From Scyliorhinus canicula (taxonomy: Eukaryota): a stretch of 64,000 bases of DNA. Within the stretch, counting starts at the first letter, position 1. Every line of letters begins with the position of its first letter. Location of the stretch: contig NC_052159.1 of assembly GCF_902713615.1 (NCBI RefSeq), forward strand, positions 85,598,520-85,662,519. The letters run 5' to 3'. Positions 25,410 through 38,199 of this stretch are shown here, one piece after another. Under the pieces are notes generated by a model. The model did no database searches, had not been told where the DNA came from, and saw only the letters and a program-made list of their open reading frames with translations. A program made the position numbers and the translations under genes.

Positions 25410-28048
25410 TGTGATGTTCTCAGTTGGGTCTATCAGGATGCTTTGAAAATGTAGTGTTAGCAAAGAACATCAAGCTGAGTTATTGAACAAAGCTGATTTA
25501 TTTACACTACTATATTAAAGATTCTAACCAGTCAACAAGGAATAACTTATTAAATAAACTATAGCTTTTCTCTTACAACAGAACTCTATGCTATGCAATC
25601 TATCTCACGCCTGACAACCTTCTTCCAGAATCCCAGGAGTCACATGATATTCATACGACTGCTCCTTATCTGCATTTGGTGGCGAGAAGTATTATAATCT
25701 TATTGTTAACCCTTTGTATTCCTTATAATACACATATTGTTACATCCCCCTTTCTTTGAAGATGTTTTTACATCATCACAAACATTTATACACGGTAGGC
25801 AATGTATGCTCTGTACATATAAATGCATATTGTTACGTAAACAATAAGTTATTAACTCTTTACGGTTCATCAATTAAGTCTGTACTCTGTATTCACTGTG
25901 GCACATAACCAACTCGGTTTTCGACTGATGCTGCTGTTGAACCACCTTTGTTGCTTGACGTGGTCTTTTTCTTGTTCTCGCGGTGTTGATTTTGTGTCTC
26001 CTTTGCCCAAGAAACTGGTTGGATTTCTGGTCCTTGAGTAAGTACCAACTCTTCCAGCTTGTTGGAATGATGCTTTTTTCTTCTCCCTTTTCTGCATACG
26101 TGAACTTGGTATGATCTACACAAACATCTGTCTGTGCATTCATGATGGTAGATTTTCTTAAAACAATGTCCTGCAGTCCCTCACTTGGTTGCTATCTGGA
26201 TTGCTTTCCATATTGCATGGTTTGTCAAGTGTGACTGCAAGTCCCAACGCTTTGTTTCCATTGAATTGCAACATGTTGGTCAGCTGCTCTTTGGTTTCAA
26301 AGTCGTACCTTTGTGCAAATTCTGTTGGTCTGCAGTTACTCTTTGTGTTCTCCAGATCAGTTCCCTTTGGCTTATCTGATGTATTTTTGAGCTCTTTGTG
26401 CTTCTCATCTGGAGTCAACATCTCCAAGATGTCTTCAGCTGCTTGTTGGCTGTTCATAATTGATGTACTCTCAACTGATTTGTTCACTGATGCACTCTCA
26501 TTATCAGCCCCTGCACAGTCCAGCTGAGAACTGCCAGTCTCGCCGTTGTCCTGTACAGCTTGTATGCTACTTTTGATCACCTCATTACTACTTGCAAATA
26601 AAGTAAATAGACCTTCATGGTCTTCCTTTTCTGACTCATCGTCAGATTCCTCACATGTAGCCAATGATGCACCTGTATGCAATTCCATCTGTTTATTGGT
26701 TCCGTCAATCGTTAGTGGAATTCTATTTATTTTGTCAATCGTGACAATACAAAATATATCTTCCAAATCTCATTCATCTGCTAAAATGTCGGGTGTATCC
26801 TCTTCATTGTTAGACTTGTTAACATTTTCTTCTTGTTTTATGCTGTGAATGTCTTGTACAGCTGTTCGTAGAGATTTCATGCGAGTTATGCACTGCGAGA
26901 CAAAATGGTTTAAACTGCTGCACTTTGCACATGTGTTTCCCTAAGCTGGGCATTTTTTTCTTGGGTGGGTGTGGCCACAACACATGCCGGTCATGACGCT
27001 GCTTGCATTATGCGCAAACTGGTGATGCGCGTGCACAGAACGGTCAACTTCCGGATCGTGCTGACTTTCCAAGCACCCCTGCTCAAAACGGCCGCCTTCT
27101 GTAGTATGCTTATTTTTTAGCTGTGCCTCCGCTTCAATGGCATGAACCATTTTGTGCACTTTCCCGCCACTTCCCGACTGAATATTTCAGAACATCTATT
27201 TTTAGCGACTTCGCTCGCATGGCAGATTTTAATGGGATTTTCGAGCGTTACTTTTTATTGCTTTGCAATTTTTCATGCAACTTTGCATTTCTTTGAAGCT
27301 CACACTGGCTATCAAACTTTCCCATGACTTTGTCATATTTCTTTTTCTTAAAGCGGAATGAGTTATCCAATTCTATAGGCAGTGGTCCAGCCATTACCAT
27401 TAACAGCGCAATCTTTCACTTATCACTGGCCGCTTCGAGTCTGAGGCTGAGAGGTAGAGTTCAAACTATTGTTTGAATTGCCTCCAGTTCACATCTACTT
27501 TATCCGTTGTCGTGAATGGCTTCGGAGTCTGTAGACTTTCCATTGAGCTTCGACTAGACTTTGCTGTTTGATGCGACTAGCTTCTACGATATCGTAGTGA
27601 TCGAAGCCTGGGTGAGATTTTGTTTTTCTTTTCGCAAGTTTTTTCTTCATCAAAATATTTTTCTTTTTCTCTCTAAATTAACTAAATTGCCTTGTTGTAC
27701 ACACCTGGTACCATGCGATGTTCTCAGTTGGGTCTATTAAGATGCTTTGAGAACGTAGTGTCAACAAAGAACATCAAACTGAGTTGTTTATTAAAGCTGA
27801 TTTATTTAAACTAGTAAATTAAAGATTCTCACCGGTCAACAAGTAATAAGTTATTAAATAAACTATACGACATATTTTACAACAGAACTCTATGCTATGC
27901 ACCTAATCTCGTGCCTAACGACCTTCTCCCAGAATCCCAGGAATCACATGATATTTATACGACTACTCCATATCACCAATTGGTGGTGAGAAGTATTATT
28001 ATCTTATTGTTAATCCTTTGTATTTCTTACAATGCACATATTGTTACT
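25410..28048 (-). mobile_element. Non-autonomous Gypsy-type LTR element (gag plus degenerate protease, no RT/RH)
   Basis: Paired ~335-bp LTRs 25410-25744 and 27714-28048. PBS tggtaccagg and PPT aaagaaaggggga on the minus strand. gag NWRQFKQ motif (~27480) and Cys/His knuckles (~26890-26985). Protease-like IPLTIDG..MELHTGAS in ORF 26158-26766. Confidence 0.85.
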
Positions 28049-28820
28049 AATAGCTTCTGAACGATGTAATATAGAGTCGAACATTGCCAGTTTACATTTA
28101 GAACAAGGTGTTTTCTTGTATTTGAGGACCCTGATGATTTGCATGCATTAGATCTGAATGAAAGTTGTGTTTCTAGTGACTGGTGGGGGCAGTAGGAAAT
28201 AATACTCTCATTTCACCTGGATTTTAATCCAACATTGACTGGTGGGATAAAAATCTTTTGCTTTTTCTACATGAATGAATTTGAACAAAGTGCAACAGTT
28301 TACCCATGCACATGGGCCCACAGTATAAACAGACCCATAATTTGAAACAAATGAATAATCTCACGCAGGCCCCAAGTACTGTTGATTTGGGAACTTGATA
28401 TAATCGTGCTGATGATCTAAGAGCTGCTTTTGTGATTTTGACATTGAGTCATATTGTTTAAAAATTATCTTTTGCTCGTTTGATGAAATTGCAAAATATT
28501 TGTACCTTATATCACACATTTATGATATAACTTTCAACTAAAATTAAAGCTGTTGTTTCGAGTGTCAAACTCGAAACTTGGAGTCCACTGGATTGTGACT
28601 GAATGCTTGTGTAGGACATTAGTTGGAATGCAGTTTTAGGTGATTGTTATGTTATGCATACCCAAACACCAAAAGGGTGTTTGCGACCTAGATGATGTGG
28701 GGATATCTGTTGATCCATATCCCCTCCAATACTGACAAAACTACTACTTCAGTTAAATACAAAGTGCTGGAAAAACCCTGTGATCTAATGGCAGCAGCTG
28801 TGGAGAGATAAACAGATTTA

Positions 28821-30200
28821 AGATGCGATTTAATGGCTCCGTTGCTCTTAAACGAGAGTGCGACAAGGCCATTAAATCACGGGAGAGGCCAAAATCGAGA
28901 ATTATGGCTGGTGCCGATCTGTTGGCGGTCTGATGGCCCACTCCCATTGGCGTGTTCAAGATCCCGTCGTAACGTGACGAGAAGCCAATAATCACCACTT
29001 AAGCCTAATCTCCATACAAATATCAGGATCGACCCTCTATCATACAGACCCCGTGATCTAATGACCTCCCCAGCAATTGCTTACATGGACGCCGATTAGT
29101 ACTTCTTTTTAAAAATGTGAAGCTGGCGGAAAGGTTGCTGCGGGGACCCAAGAAGGTGATTAGCCATCTTTGCTCCCAGGTAAAGAGCCCCGGGGTACTG
29201 GGGTTGCTGCCTTGGTGTTTGGAGGAGAGGTGGGGGAGCCACCGCGGGGTCAGCTTGGTCAAGCTGGGCCGCCATCAGTGAGGTGGTGGGGTGGCCTCCC
29301 ATGGCCAGGCTGGGGTGGGGTGGAATGGATGTCTCAGCGGCCGCAGTTCCGCCATGCCAATCCCTGAACGGCTTGGTCCAATTCCGGGAGCCCGTCTCAC
29401 ACCATCTCCCAATTGCTTACAGATAGTATACGGTATGGACGATATCTTGGACACCGCGGAAATTGCCCTCGTGCTGTTGCTGGCATGCCAGGCGCACAAC
29501 GCTGGAGGACATGGCGGCAGCAGCGACAACAGAGGCTCGAAGTGGTGGCCAATGTGCAAGTCCCCGCCCCGGCCACCCAACAGGCCAAGGAGGGACCCAG
29601 AGGGGGAAACCCGCGACAGCCCAAGGCATCCAGGCGTCACTGTTCTTTCGAACACATGACGGACAATGGGTGCCGCAGGAGGTTCCGCCTCAGCAATGAG
29701 ACAGTGCGGCACCACATGAAGGAGGAAGATATCTGTTCCCGTTGAGCATCAAGGTCATCGCAGCCCTGAACTTCGACACTTCAGGATAATTCCAGGGCTC
29801 GAACGAGGACTTGTGTGGCATCTCACAAGCTACAGCCTACAAGTGCATCTGTGAGGCCATGGATGCCCAGTTTGCTGGGCAGTGGACTATATAAACTTTG
29901 ACACGGTCCAAGTTCAGCAGGATTCCTGGGCAGCAGGATTCTCTGTCATCGATGGGATGCCCCAAGTACAGGGGCTAATAGACGCCATGTATGTTGCCCC
30001 TATGTCCCACTCAAACCCCTCCATCCCATACTCCCCAATGCCCCCAAAACTCCCCCTCTCCCCCAGACCCCCACCCCCAGCTCCTTGAACCATGCGTGCG
30101 GCTATCGATGCCCCCCTCTGCGTCTTCTCAGAAGAGGTTGGCCCACAACAGACAGGAGAGGACAGTGGGGTTCCGGACGTCAGAGTCTTCACCCCCTAGG
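28821..30200 (+). mobile_element. Decayed PIF/Harbinger transposon with HARBI1-like transposase remnant
   Basis: CRRRFRLSNETV (~29670), KVIAALNF..GISQATAYKCI (~29750-29850) and GMPQVQGLIDAMYVA (~29950-30000; compare the DDE_Tnp_4 motif GAIDCTHV). Frameshifted. Confidence 0.75.
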
Positions 30201-30294
30201 AGGATCAGGCCCTGGAGGTCGCATTTGAAAATGCTGGATAAGCTCAGCATGACTGGCCGCATCTGCGGAGAGAGAAGTCACAAAACATTAGCAT

Positions 30295-31080
30295 GCAGGT
30301 ACAGCAAGTGATTAGGAAGACAAATGGAATGTTGACATTTATATGTAAGGGAAATTGAATCTAAAAGTAGCGAAGTGTTGCTGCAGCTGTATAGGGCCAT
30401 ATTGAGACCACATCTGGACTACTGTGTACAGTTTAAGTCTCCTTAGAAGGGAGGGAACAGCAGGGAAAGAGCTCCAGGGTCCCAGGTTCAATTCACGGCT
30501 TGGAGTCACTGTGTGAAGTTTGCACTTTCTCCCCGTGTCTGCGTGGGTTTCCTCAGGGCGCTCCGGTGTCCTCCCACAGTCCAAAAATGTGCAGGTTACG
30601 TGGGTTGGCCATGTTAAATTGCCCTTAGTATCCAAAAAGGGTTGGGTTGGATGTGGTTACTGGGTTGCAGGGATAGGTGGGGGTGTGGGCTTAGGTAAGG
30701 TGCTCTTTCCAAGGGCTGGTGCAGACTCGATCGGCCGAATGGCCTCCTGCACTGTAACTTCTATGATACTATGATATGACTGCATTAGCAGTTCAGAGAA
30801 GGTTCATTTAACTAATTCCTGGGATGGAGGGGTCAGCTTATAAGGAAAGGTTAAGCAGATTGACCCTATACCATTGATGGTTAGAAGAATGATTGATGAT
30901 ATTATTGAAATATATAAGATCTTGAAGAGACTTGTCAGAGCTGATGCTGAGAGGATGCTTCACCTAGTGGGGAAGTCTTCAATTTTGAGTTGAAGCGACA
31001 ATCAGATTAGCCATGATCTTATTGAATGGCGGAGCATGCTTGAGAGGCAAAGTGGCCTATTACTGCTCCTAATTCATGTG
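30295..31080 (+). mobile_element. CR1 LINE 3' fragment with nested HE1-like SINE (~30470-30775)
   Basis: LYRAILRPHLDYCVQF motif and CR1 3' UTR. V-domain inside. Confidence 0.75.
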
Positions 31081-31082
31081 TT

Positions 31083-31205
31083 CTCAACATACAACAACTT
31101 TTGCAGGATATGCTTCACACCACATTATTCTGTGGCATTAATGACGACAGCACACAGCGTCGCTTGTTGGGGGAAGCCACACTGAATTTCAAGAAGGTTA
31201 TACTG
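31083..31205 (+). mobile_element. Isolated Gypsy gag fragment
   Basis: DMLHTTLFCGINDDSTQRRLLGEATLNFKK resembles the Gypsy gag motif LRDRLVCGIND..IQRRLL.E..L.F.KA. Confidence 0.6.
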
Positions 31206-32919
31206 CAGCTGTTAAACTTCTGCCAACTCATTTATCTAAATTCCTTTATAAACTCTATATGTCCACTTAACTTATTTTCTAACCTATCTTGGTGTTATTA
31301 GCAAATTTCATAACCATACAGTAGTTCCCTTCATTGATTATAGATTATAGATAATTGCGGGTGCAGTACTGATCCCTATGGCATTCCACTAGTTATAGCT
31401 TGCAAACCTGAAAATGACCCATTTATCCCTATTCTTTATTTCCTGTAAGGTAATCAATCATCTATCCATACTAATATGATACTCGTTACACCATTTTGTG
31501 CAGTAACCTTTGATGTGGCACCTTATTAAATGCCCCTTGGAAACTCAAATACAGAAGGGGAGGTGGTTTGTTGGCTAGAGCCTGCTGTAAGGATTAGGAT
31601 GGAAGGGCAATGGGGAAGGTCGGGGAAGATGGATTGGGCTACTGTGCATTGATTGTTTCTGGCTTGCTCAGTTCCAGGCTTTAGATCACAGCATATAAGT
31701 CATTTTAAGTGGACAATTCTTTAGTTATTGTGAAACAACAGCATGCTTGTGTTTGTTTCCCTCGGTTCTAACCCAAAGTAAAGAGATTTCCAGCTTCTAT
31801 TTGGTTACATGATATACTGCAGGCAACCGAGCAACAGCATGACGAAACTTGCAGCCTTTTTGCCTGAATTTATTTTGTTAGATTTAAGTCTGTCAGCTGC
31901 TTTGTGGCCAGTTTAGTGCAACTAATGAAATTAATTTGGAGTGTGAAATGTATGATGATCTAATAATTGTGAATTGATTTAAAGGAATTTATTTTGTCTG
32001 TGTTGCCTTTATTTGTACAGGAAAATGAATCTTTTGTACAGCGGGATTTTTTCACAAAGTTAAACATCCGCAGCTTAAATTTCAGTTCTATGCAACATAA
32101 TCCCCTCAAATAAGCACTCAGCATTTCTGTTTGTTGTACTTGTCCAATGCTTGTACGCAGCCTATTTGTGTTGTCAGGTTTCACAATCCCACCTGAGGAA
32201 TATTGAATTGATTTAGGTATTCAGGCCATCTGCTGTACCACTATTTGGAAATGTCAGAGGAAGTTGCAGCAATTGAACTATGCGTTGCTGATAATCCATA
32301 CTTGGCATGTTTTTGTCTGATGGCAGGCTGCATAGAGCAGTTCATTTTGTTTGACATACTGCTGTCTAAAGTTGTGGGTAGGGGGTGGACGGATGGCAGG
32401 CGGTGGTGCAATCTTTAACCAGTGAAAGCATATCTATCTGTTGACAACAGTGCTTTGTTCCTGACCCTTACCCACAAAGTGCAGATCCGGTGGCTCAGGG
32501 ACTCCCCTGGCACATAAATAATTGCAGAGGCTCAAAATAAATGTTTTCAATGCTGTTATTGCAAAATGAAGCTAGAGTAATATCTGAATTAATTAGTTCA
32601 TAATTAAATGTGAACTTTGGGCACAAATTGACAATCTAGAACAAATTGCACTCAGAATTGCTCCACTTATCTTGTATGGATGTTTTGCTCAAGTTTCTGC
32701 TCAAATTCAAATTGCATATCACCAAATATAAAATCTTCCATAAACCAGCAACTGGACAGCATTGTTTTGATTTTGGCCCTTGTGTGAAAAAATATGAGTA
32801 CCATGCAGTTTTATTAACGTTTGAAATGCAGCTATCACAAAAAATAAACATTTATTGTTGGTGTTTAGTCCACCATTTTTGATTTTAAAAACTGAAAGTA
32901 AAAATATATATTGAATCTT

Positions 32920-33144
32920 TTAAAAAAAATTTAGAGTACCCAATTCATTTTTTCCAATTTAAGGGGCAATTTAGCATGTTCAATCCACCTACACTGCACA
33001 TCTTTGGGTTGTGGGGTCGAAACCCACGCAAACACAGGGAGAATGTGCAAACTCCACACGGACAGTGACCCAGAGCTGGGATCGAACCTGGGACCTCGGC
33101 ACCGTGAGGCTGCAGGGCTAACCCACTGCGCCACCGTGTTGCCC
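32920..33144 (-). mobile_element. Short-tail V-SINE
   Basis: Head plus V-domain. TSD tatatattgaatc. Confidence 0.9.
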
Positions 33145-33725
33145 TTTATATATTGAATCATTGACTAGCATCATTGGCATACGGAAACATTCAATGATCT
33201 TTTGCATTTGTTTGGCTGATTCTGGGTGAATGGTACAGGAAAAACCAATGCAATCGAACAAACTCTAACCCAATATCTTAAAATGACACATTGCTGTTTC
33301 TTCAGTTTATCCAGTCTTCATTCCTGGAAATCAGTCTTTCCGGTTGTGAGGTGCAGTCAGTTCAGTTGTCTGCTTTCTTTGTTTTTTTTAACAACAGTTT
33401 GTTATCCCCCTTTTAAAGCCTTCAAATAGTTTCAATTTACAGAATCACACAGCACAGAAGGAGGCCATTCTGCCCAATATATTTGTGCTGTCTCTTTGAA
33501 TGAGTTTTTCCATTTGTCCCACTCCCCTGCTCTCTCCAAAACCTTAATTTTGTTTTCCTGTTACCTTTTTATGTATATATCCAATTCCAATATATACACA
33601 CTCTCTCACAGTCCAGTTTGAAATGTGTGTTACCAACTCATTAACTTGTAGGAATATTGAATAAATATCTTTCTAGTTGTTTTAACTGCAAGTTTAGAAT
33701 ATATTGTAGTGTTGGGGATAGGAAA

Positions 33726-33820
33726 GTAAGAAGTCTTACAACACCAGGTTAAAGTCCAACAGGTTTGTTTCAAACACGAGCTTTCGGAGCACGGCTCCTT
33801 CTTCAGGTGATCTCCACATC
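33726..33820 (-). mobile_element. Short Penelope-like insertion
   Basis: Same family as 13321-13667, flanked by a gggataggaaag direct repeat (33715-26, 33821-32). Confidence 0.75.
33775..33810 (-). ncRNA. Minimal type I hammerhead ribozyme motif
   Basis: Minus strand reads UCAC-CUGAAGA-A-GGAGC-CGU-GCUCC-GAA-AGCU-C-GUG. Confidence 0.7.
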
Positions 33821-33989
33821 GGGATAGGAAAGGTATTGTCATTTGACTCGGATACCAACATCAATGAAGAAATGTCTCCATAGAAATGTGAAAGTTTACA
33901 GTACAGGCGCAAGCTGCTAAGCCTGTTCCAGCTGCACTGGATCTCTGAAAGGCCTATCTACTTCGTACCATTCCATTATCGTTTCTCCA

Positions 33990-34345
33990 TAAATAAATGA
34001 AGAGCTTTCATTTTGGATTGCACCTTCATCGACTGCAGGATGTTTCAAAGCACATGAATGAATGAAATAGATTTTTTTGAAGTGTAATCACCTGGGCGAA
34101 TGACTGCAATATTTCCTTGCGTGGCTAGGTTTTACAAACAACACATAAAATAAATAGCGATATTAGTGATATTTATTGACCATGAATGTTAACCAGAACA
34201 GTATGAGAACTCCTCTATTCTTCATTGAATAATGCCTGGGACCTTCTGCGTCTTTCTGAAGGAATAGACATAGTCACAGTTTAAAGTCCAGCCCGCCATC
34301 ACCAAACAAAGTATTGACAGTACACATTCCACTGTTGATACTGTG
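33990..34345 (-). mobile_element. Old DeuSINE
   Basis: Reverse Deu motifs gagaactcctctattcttc..aatgcctggga. Confidence 0.6.
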
Positions 34346-34407
34346 TTTTTTTTAACATTTGTTACTGACTGTTCCAGTTTACAGTAAGGTGCAGAAACAT
34401 ACTGATT

Positions 34408-34719
34408 TAATAATAATCTTTATTAGTGTCACAGTAGGCTTCCATTAACAGTGCAATGAAGTTACTGTGAAAAGCCCCTAGTCCCCACACTACGGCACCT
34501 GGTTCGGGTACATTGAGGGAGAATTCAGAATGTCCAATTCACCTAACAAGCACATCTTTCATGACTTATGGGAGGAAACTGGAGCACCCTGAGGAAACCT
34601 ACGCAGACACGGCGAGAGCGTGCAGACTTCGCACAGATAGACTTCGCAAGCCGTGAATCGAACTTGGGTTCCTGGCGCTTTGAAGCAACTGTGCTACCCA
34701 CTGTGCTACCGTGCTGCCC
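34408..34719 (-). mobile_element. V-SINE, 'gtaagcctacttgtgac' tail subfamily
   Basis: Full head, V-domain and tail. Confidence 0.88.
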
Positions 34720-35749
34720 AGTACCATCTAGTGCTGTATTTCTTTATATCGAACCTTAAACAAAACAGTCCGTTAATATTGATATATTTTGGATGGGGTA
34801 CACTTATTTTGCTTACATTTGTGAATAATTTAAACCTAATCAGACAGGTTCAATTTCATTTTCCTCGTCATCAGTTTGATTTTTTCTTTAACTTCTCCCC
34901 CTTGGCATTCTGGGTTACTTGCATTGCAAATGAGTAATTTCTTCCCAAATACCCCACTAGTCAGCATCTGGTGGGTGCTTGTGAATAACTCAAAAGCAAT
35001 GCCTACAGGTCACTTAGTTGGGCATCTTGTCTTCATTTTGTTTTCTCCCTGTATAAGTCCGGAGGTACTGAAGCCAACAGTCTCAGATAACTAACTGATA
35101 AAAGACCAAGCCTCAAACTGGCATGTTACTGGTATAAATTGATATAAATTTGTGTAAATTTATGCCAAGGCATTTGAAAGTGCAAAGTTACTTATTTATA
35201 AAATGACCTTTTTAACAGCAATATTTTAACCAAAAAATAGTTTTGTTTTACACGTGGTTTGAATCGTGTGTTATCTCTTGATTCTTTAAAGCTTTTAAAT
35301 ACAGTTGAATCACCATGAAAGTATTTCAGTCCCAACTTTGCAGACTTTTTATGAGAATAAGATTGTCAAGTAAGCTATTTATCCGATGATTGAATGAACA
35401 GTATGCAGTAGTCACATGAGATTCAGGGTTGTTGGTTACGGATTGTTTTCCAAAAGTGGATTAGCAGCACTGCCAATATGAAACATGAATGTCTGTGATT
35501 TTAAAAAAGCCACACAAATATGAGTTATTTTAACCAACAAATATATGTTCAAATTAACTTCTTAGAAACACTCTAATGATTTTTTATCACAAAAGGAACA
35601 ATGTTCGGCTAGATCTGCTAACTTGGTAAATTTACTATTTCAGATTTTCACTGCACAAATGTGAATTATATTTTCAGGTGAGAGAGAAAGTGGATGAAGA
35701 ATCTTTACACTCAGAATAACATCCCTCTTATCTGCTTGATTTTATACAG

Positions 35750-35796
35750 GTCCTGTTGTTTTGCTTCACAGCTGCCCTGTACATGTTCTTCTTCAG
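35750..35796 (+). CDS. TMEM135: Internal coding exon of transmembrane protein 135 (47 bp, phase 0 to phase 2)
   Basis: Acceptor tttatacAG at 35748-49 and donor GTAAGT at 35797. Translation VLLFCFTAALYMFFF-R matches recalled vertebrate TMEM135 (NGE|VLLFCITAAMYMFFFR|CKDG). Neighbouring exons were not found in the window. Confidence 0.9.
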
Positions 35797-37235
35797 GTAA
35801 GTGTATGGTATTTCTCAGTCTTTAATTACTGTATTTGCTGCTTTTTGTTGCCTTATGGCTTATTGATCTAATGCTCCCACTTATTGGGAGATTTGTTCAA
35901 ATTTTATTGCAGCCTTAGAGAGTTCCAGACAAAGCTTTGAAGCCTTGTCACTCCTTCGAGCCCCCTAGGTCAGAGAAGTGAGTTTGAATATGTTTGTAAA
36001 AGACTTGGGCTGAGCCAACCAGTTAGAATGGCACCACAGGTCAATCCATTTTTCTTCTGAACAAAACGATTTGGAGTAGTCTGATGTACGTACAAGACAA
36101 AACACAGTGAAGTACAAGTCATGGTTCATTGGTGAACCACAAAGAACATTGACAGTTAATGGTCAAACGAAAAGATGCAGTGCTGACAGGTTTAGGTAAT
36201 TGCTAATCATTTCTGTATTGTTTGATCAAAGTAATAGTGAACAAACATAACGTGATACTGCTGGCTATGTGTTGTATGCAATTTAATTACCCCAATTAAA
36301 TAATACTCCGCTCTAATGATCATAAAGATGAACAGAGTCGAAAAGAAATAATGGAATATATTTTGTTGGGGAATTTTTTTTAAATTAAGCACTAAAGCTT
36401 TGTGTGGTGAGATGGGAATACAGAAAAACATATTTACCTATGGTCAGCCAGTGAAGATGGGTGAGCAGAAAAGATAGTGCAAGTTACCATGGTGATAATC
36501 CTGCTTCTCAATTGTACAGGCTCACAACGTTTTGTCTCAATTCAACTGACCTAAATATTGGATACTCTAGTGAGCAGTTGTAATTAAAATGCAAGGTATA
36601 AATAAAATATAGTCCAAATCAGTGGAAAACAAAAGCGGTTCTGCTTTTCTCTTTTATAACAATAACATTGAAAATGTCTTTGTGCTGTGCATGTATTCAA
36701 TTCTGTTGCATCTTTTCAGAAGGTGAATAAATGCATATTGTGACTATCATCACTTGTAAAGTTTGACAAACAAATTTCTTGGATGTGGAATGAATGTTGT
36801 CCGTGTTTAAATATGTGAACATAATACTTGTCTTGTTCCTTTATTGCCCTTTTGTAGCCATTCTTTTGTCTCTTGAAGGAAAGTAAATTCTTTCAGGAAA
36901 AGCAATAATTAACCATTAATTCTGCAAAGCGGGTTGGAAATTGTTGAATTGTTACTGAAATAAATGTGGGAATAATAATAGTTATTTTGAATGGTTATTA
37001 GATTGTTTTGTCAATGAGATGTTCTAAATCTTAATGTATGGAAAATTTGAAGAAAGCCTGCTCAGATTCCCCATAAGATTTTGGTTTCAGTTTCCAGAGC
37101 TTACTGATACTTGCCAGGGTTGTGAGAAGAGTGCTACAATAAGCTCAATACCCCAAAGCTCAAGAGAGATTACCAAGCCAAGGTTTCAATTCCAGATTAA
37201 TTTTGGAAATCTATCTATTAAGTGAAAGCAGAATC

Positions 37236-37887
37236 AGGCTGAACAATGATGCACCGCAAACCACACCATCACTTGGCCAAAACATGGGCTAGTGCTCGGC
37301 ATTGGCAAGAGGTAAAATTCTCTGTGAGACTATGTTCTTCCGCCAGAGCTGAATTGCACCTGATTTGAGAGGGCAAATCAGGAAGCGATTCCCAAACCTT
37401 AGCCGTGCAGTTTATGCATGGTGAGGGATTCCTGCTGGAATCTCGCTATTGGGCTGCCATTTTGAGTGGGCGGCCTGATAACGAGGTCACATGGTCAGAT
37501 CTTGCATTGTGGGGGGAGGGCGGCCATCTGATAGACATTGGGGGCAACTCCCTTAAAGAGCTACTGCCTTGTTCCACTGCGTGGTTCACCCCGTCGGGGC
37601 TATGTTTGTCAGGACCAGTAGTAATTCTTACCTACATGATTCCCGGCCCAGAGGACCGGAGAATCACCCGGGCCCAGAGAATATGGTACCTGGCCCATTA
37701 ATGGGTCTTAATAACCCATTTGTATCCTCCCGTTAGGATGGGGCGCAAACCTCAATTTCGACGGGGGGGGGGGGGGGGGATCGGAAACAGGTCAGCGTGT
37801 GATGCCAATCTAATTTTCTCTCAATGTTGGATTCTCCGCCTCATCGGTAACTCCACTGCTGATGGTGGGAGGCGGACAATTCAGCCC
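37236..37887. mobile_element. Probable Harbinger-type MITE
   Basis: GC-rich island with ends aggctgaa / ttcagccc. Confidence 0.5.
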
Positions 37888-38199
37888 AATGTCTTCAAAA
37901 ATGAGGTTTGGAAAGAAAATTGACTAAAAAGGGCACTTGCCGTTCTTGAGAATCTTGGAATTAAGTTTATCATTCTTATATTCTATGTTGCTCATAATAT
38001 CCGAAAACATTTCAATAGGGAATATGAAATTAATTATTTTTCATCCTTATTGAAGAGCCTCCACATCGCTCTTCTCCCCCTCCACGCAAACAGAATTTTT
38101 ATAATGAGGACTCTACAAACAGCTCCAATGATGCAAAATATGAAAAACAACAATTTCCATTTATTTAACACCTTTAATCTAATAATATGTTCCAGGAGC

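Noticed and set aside
29640-30000. Possible domesticated HARBI1 gene
   Set aside because: It has frameshifts, a stop and a truncation, and sits inside a transposon-like GC-rich body.
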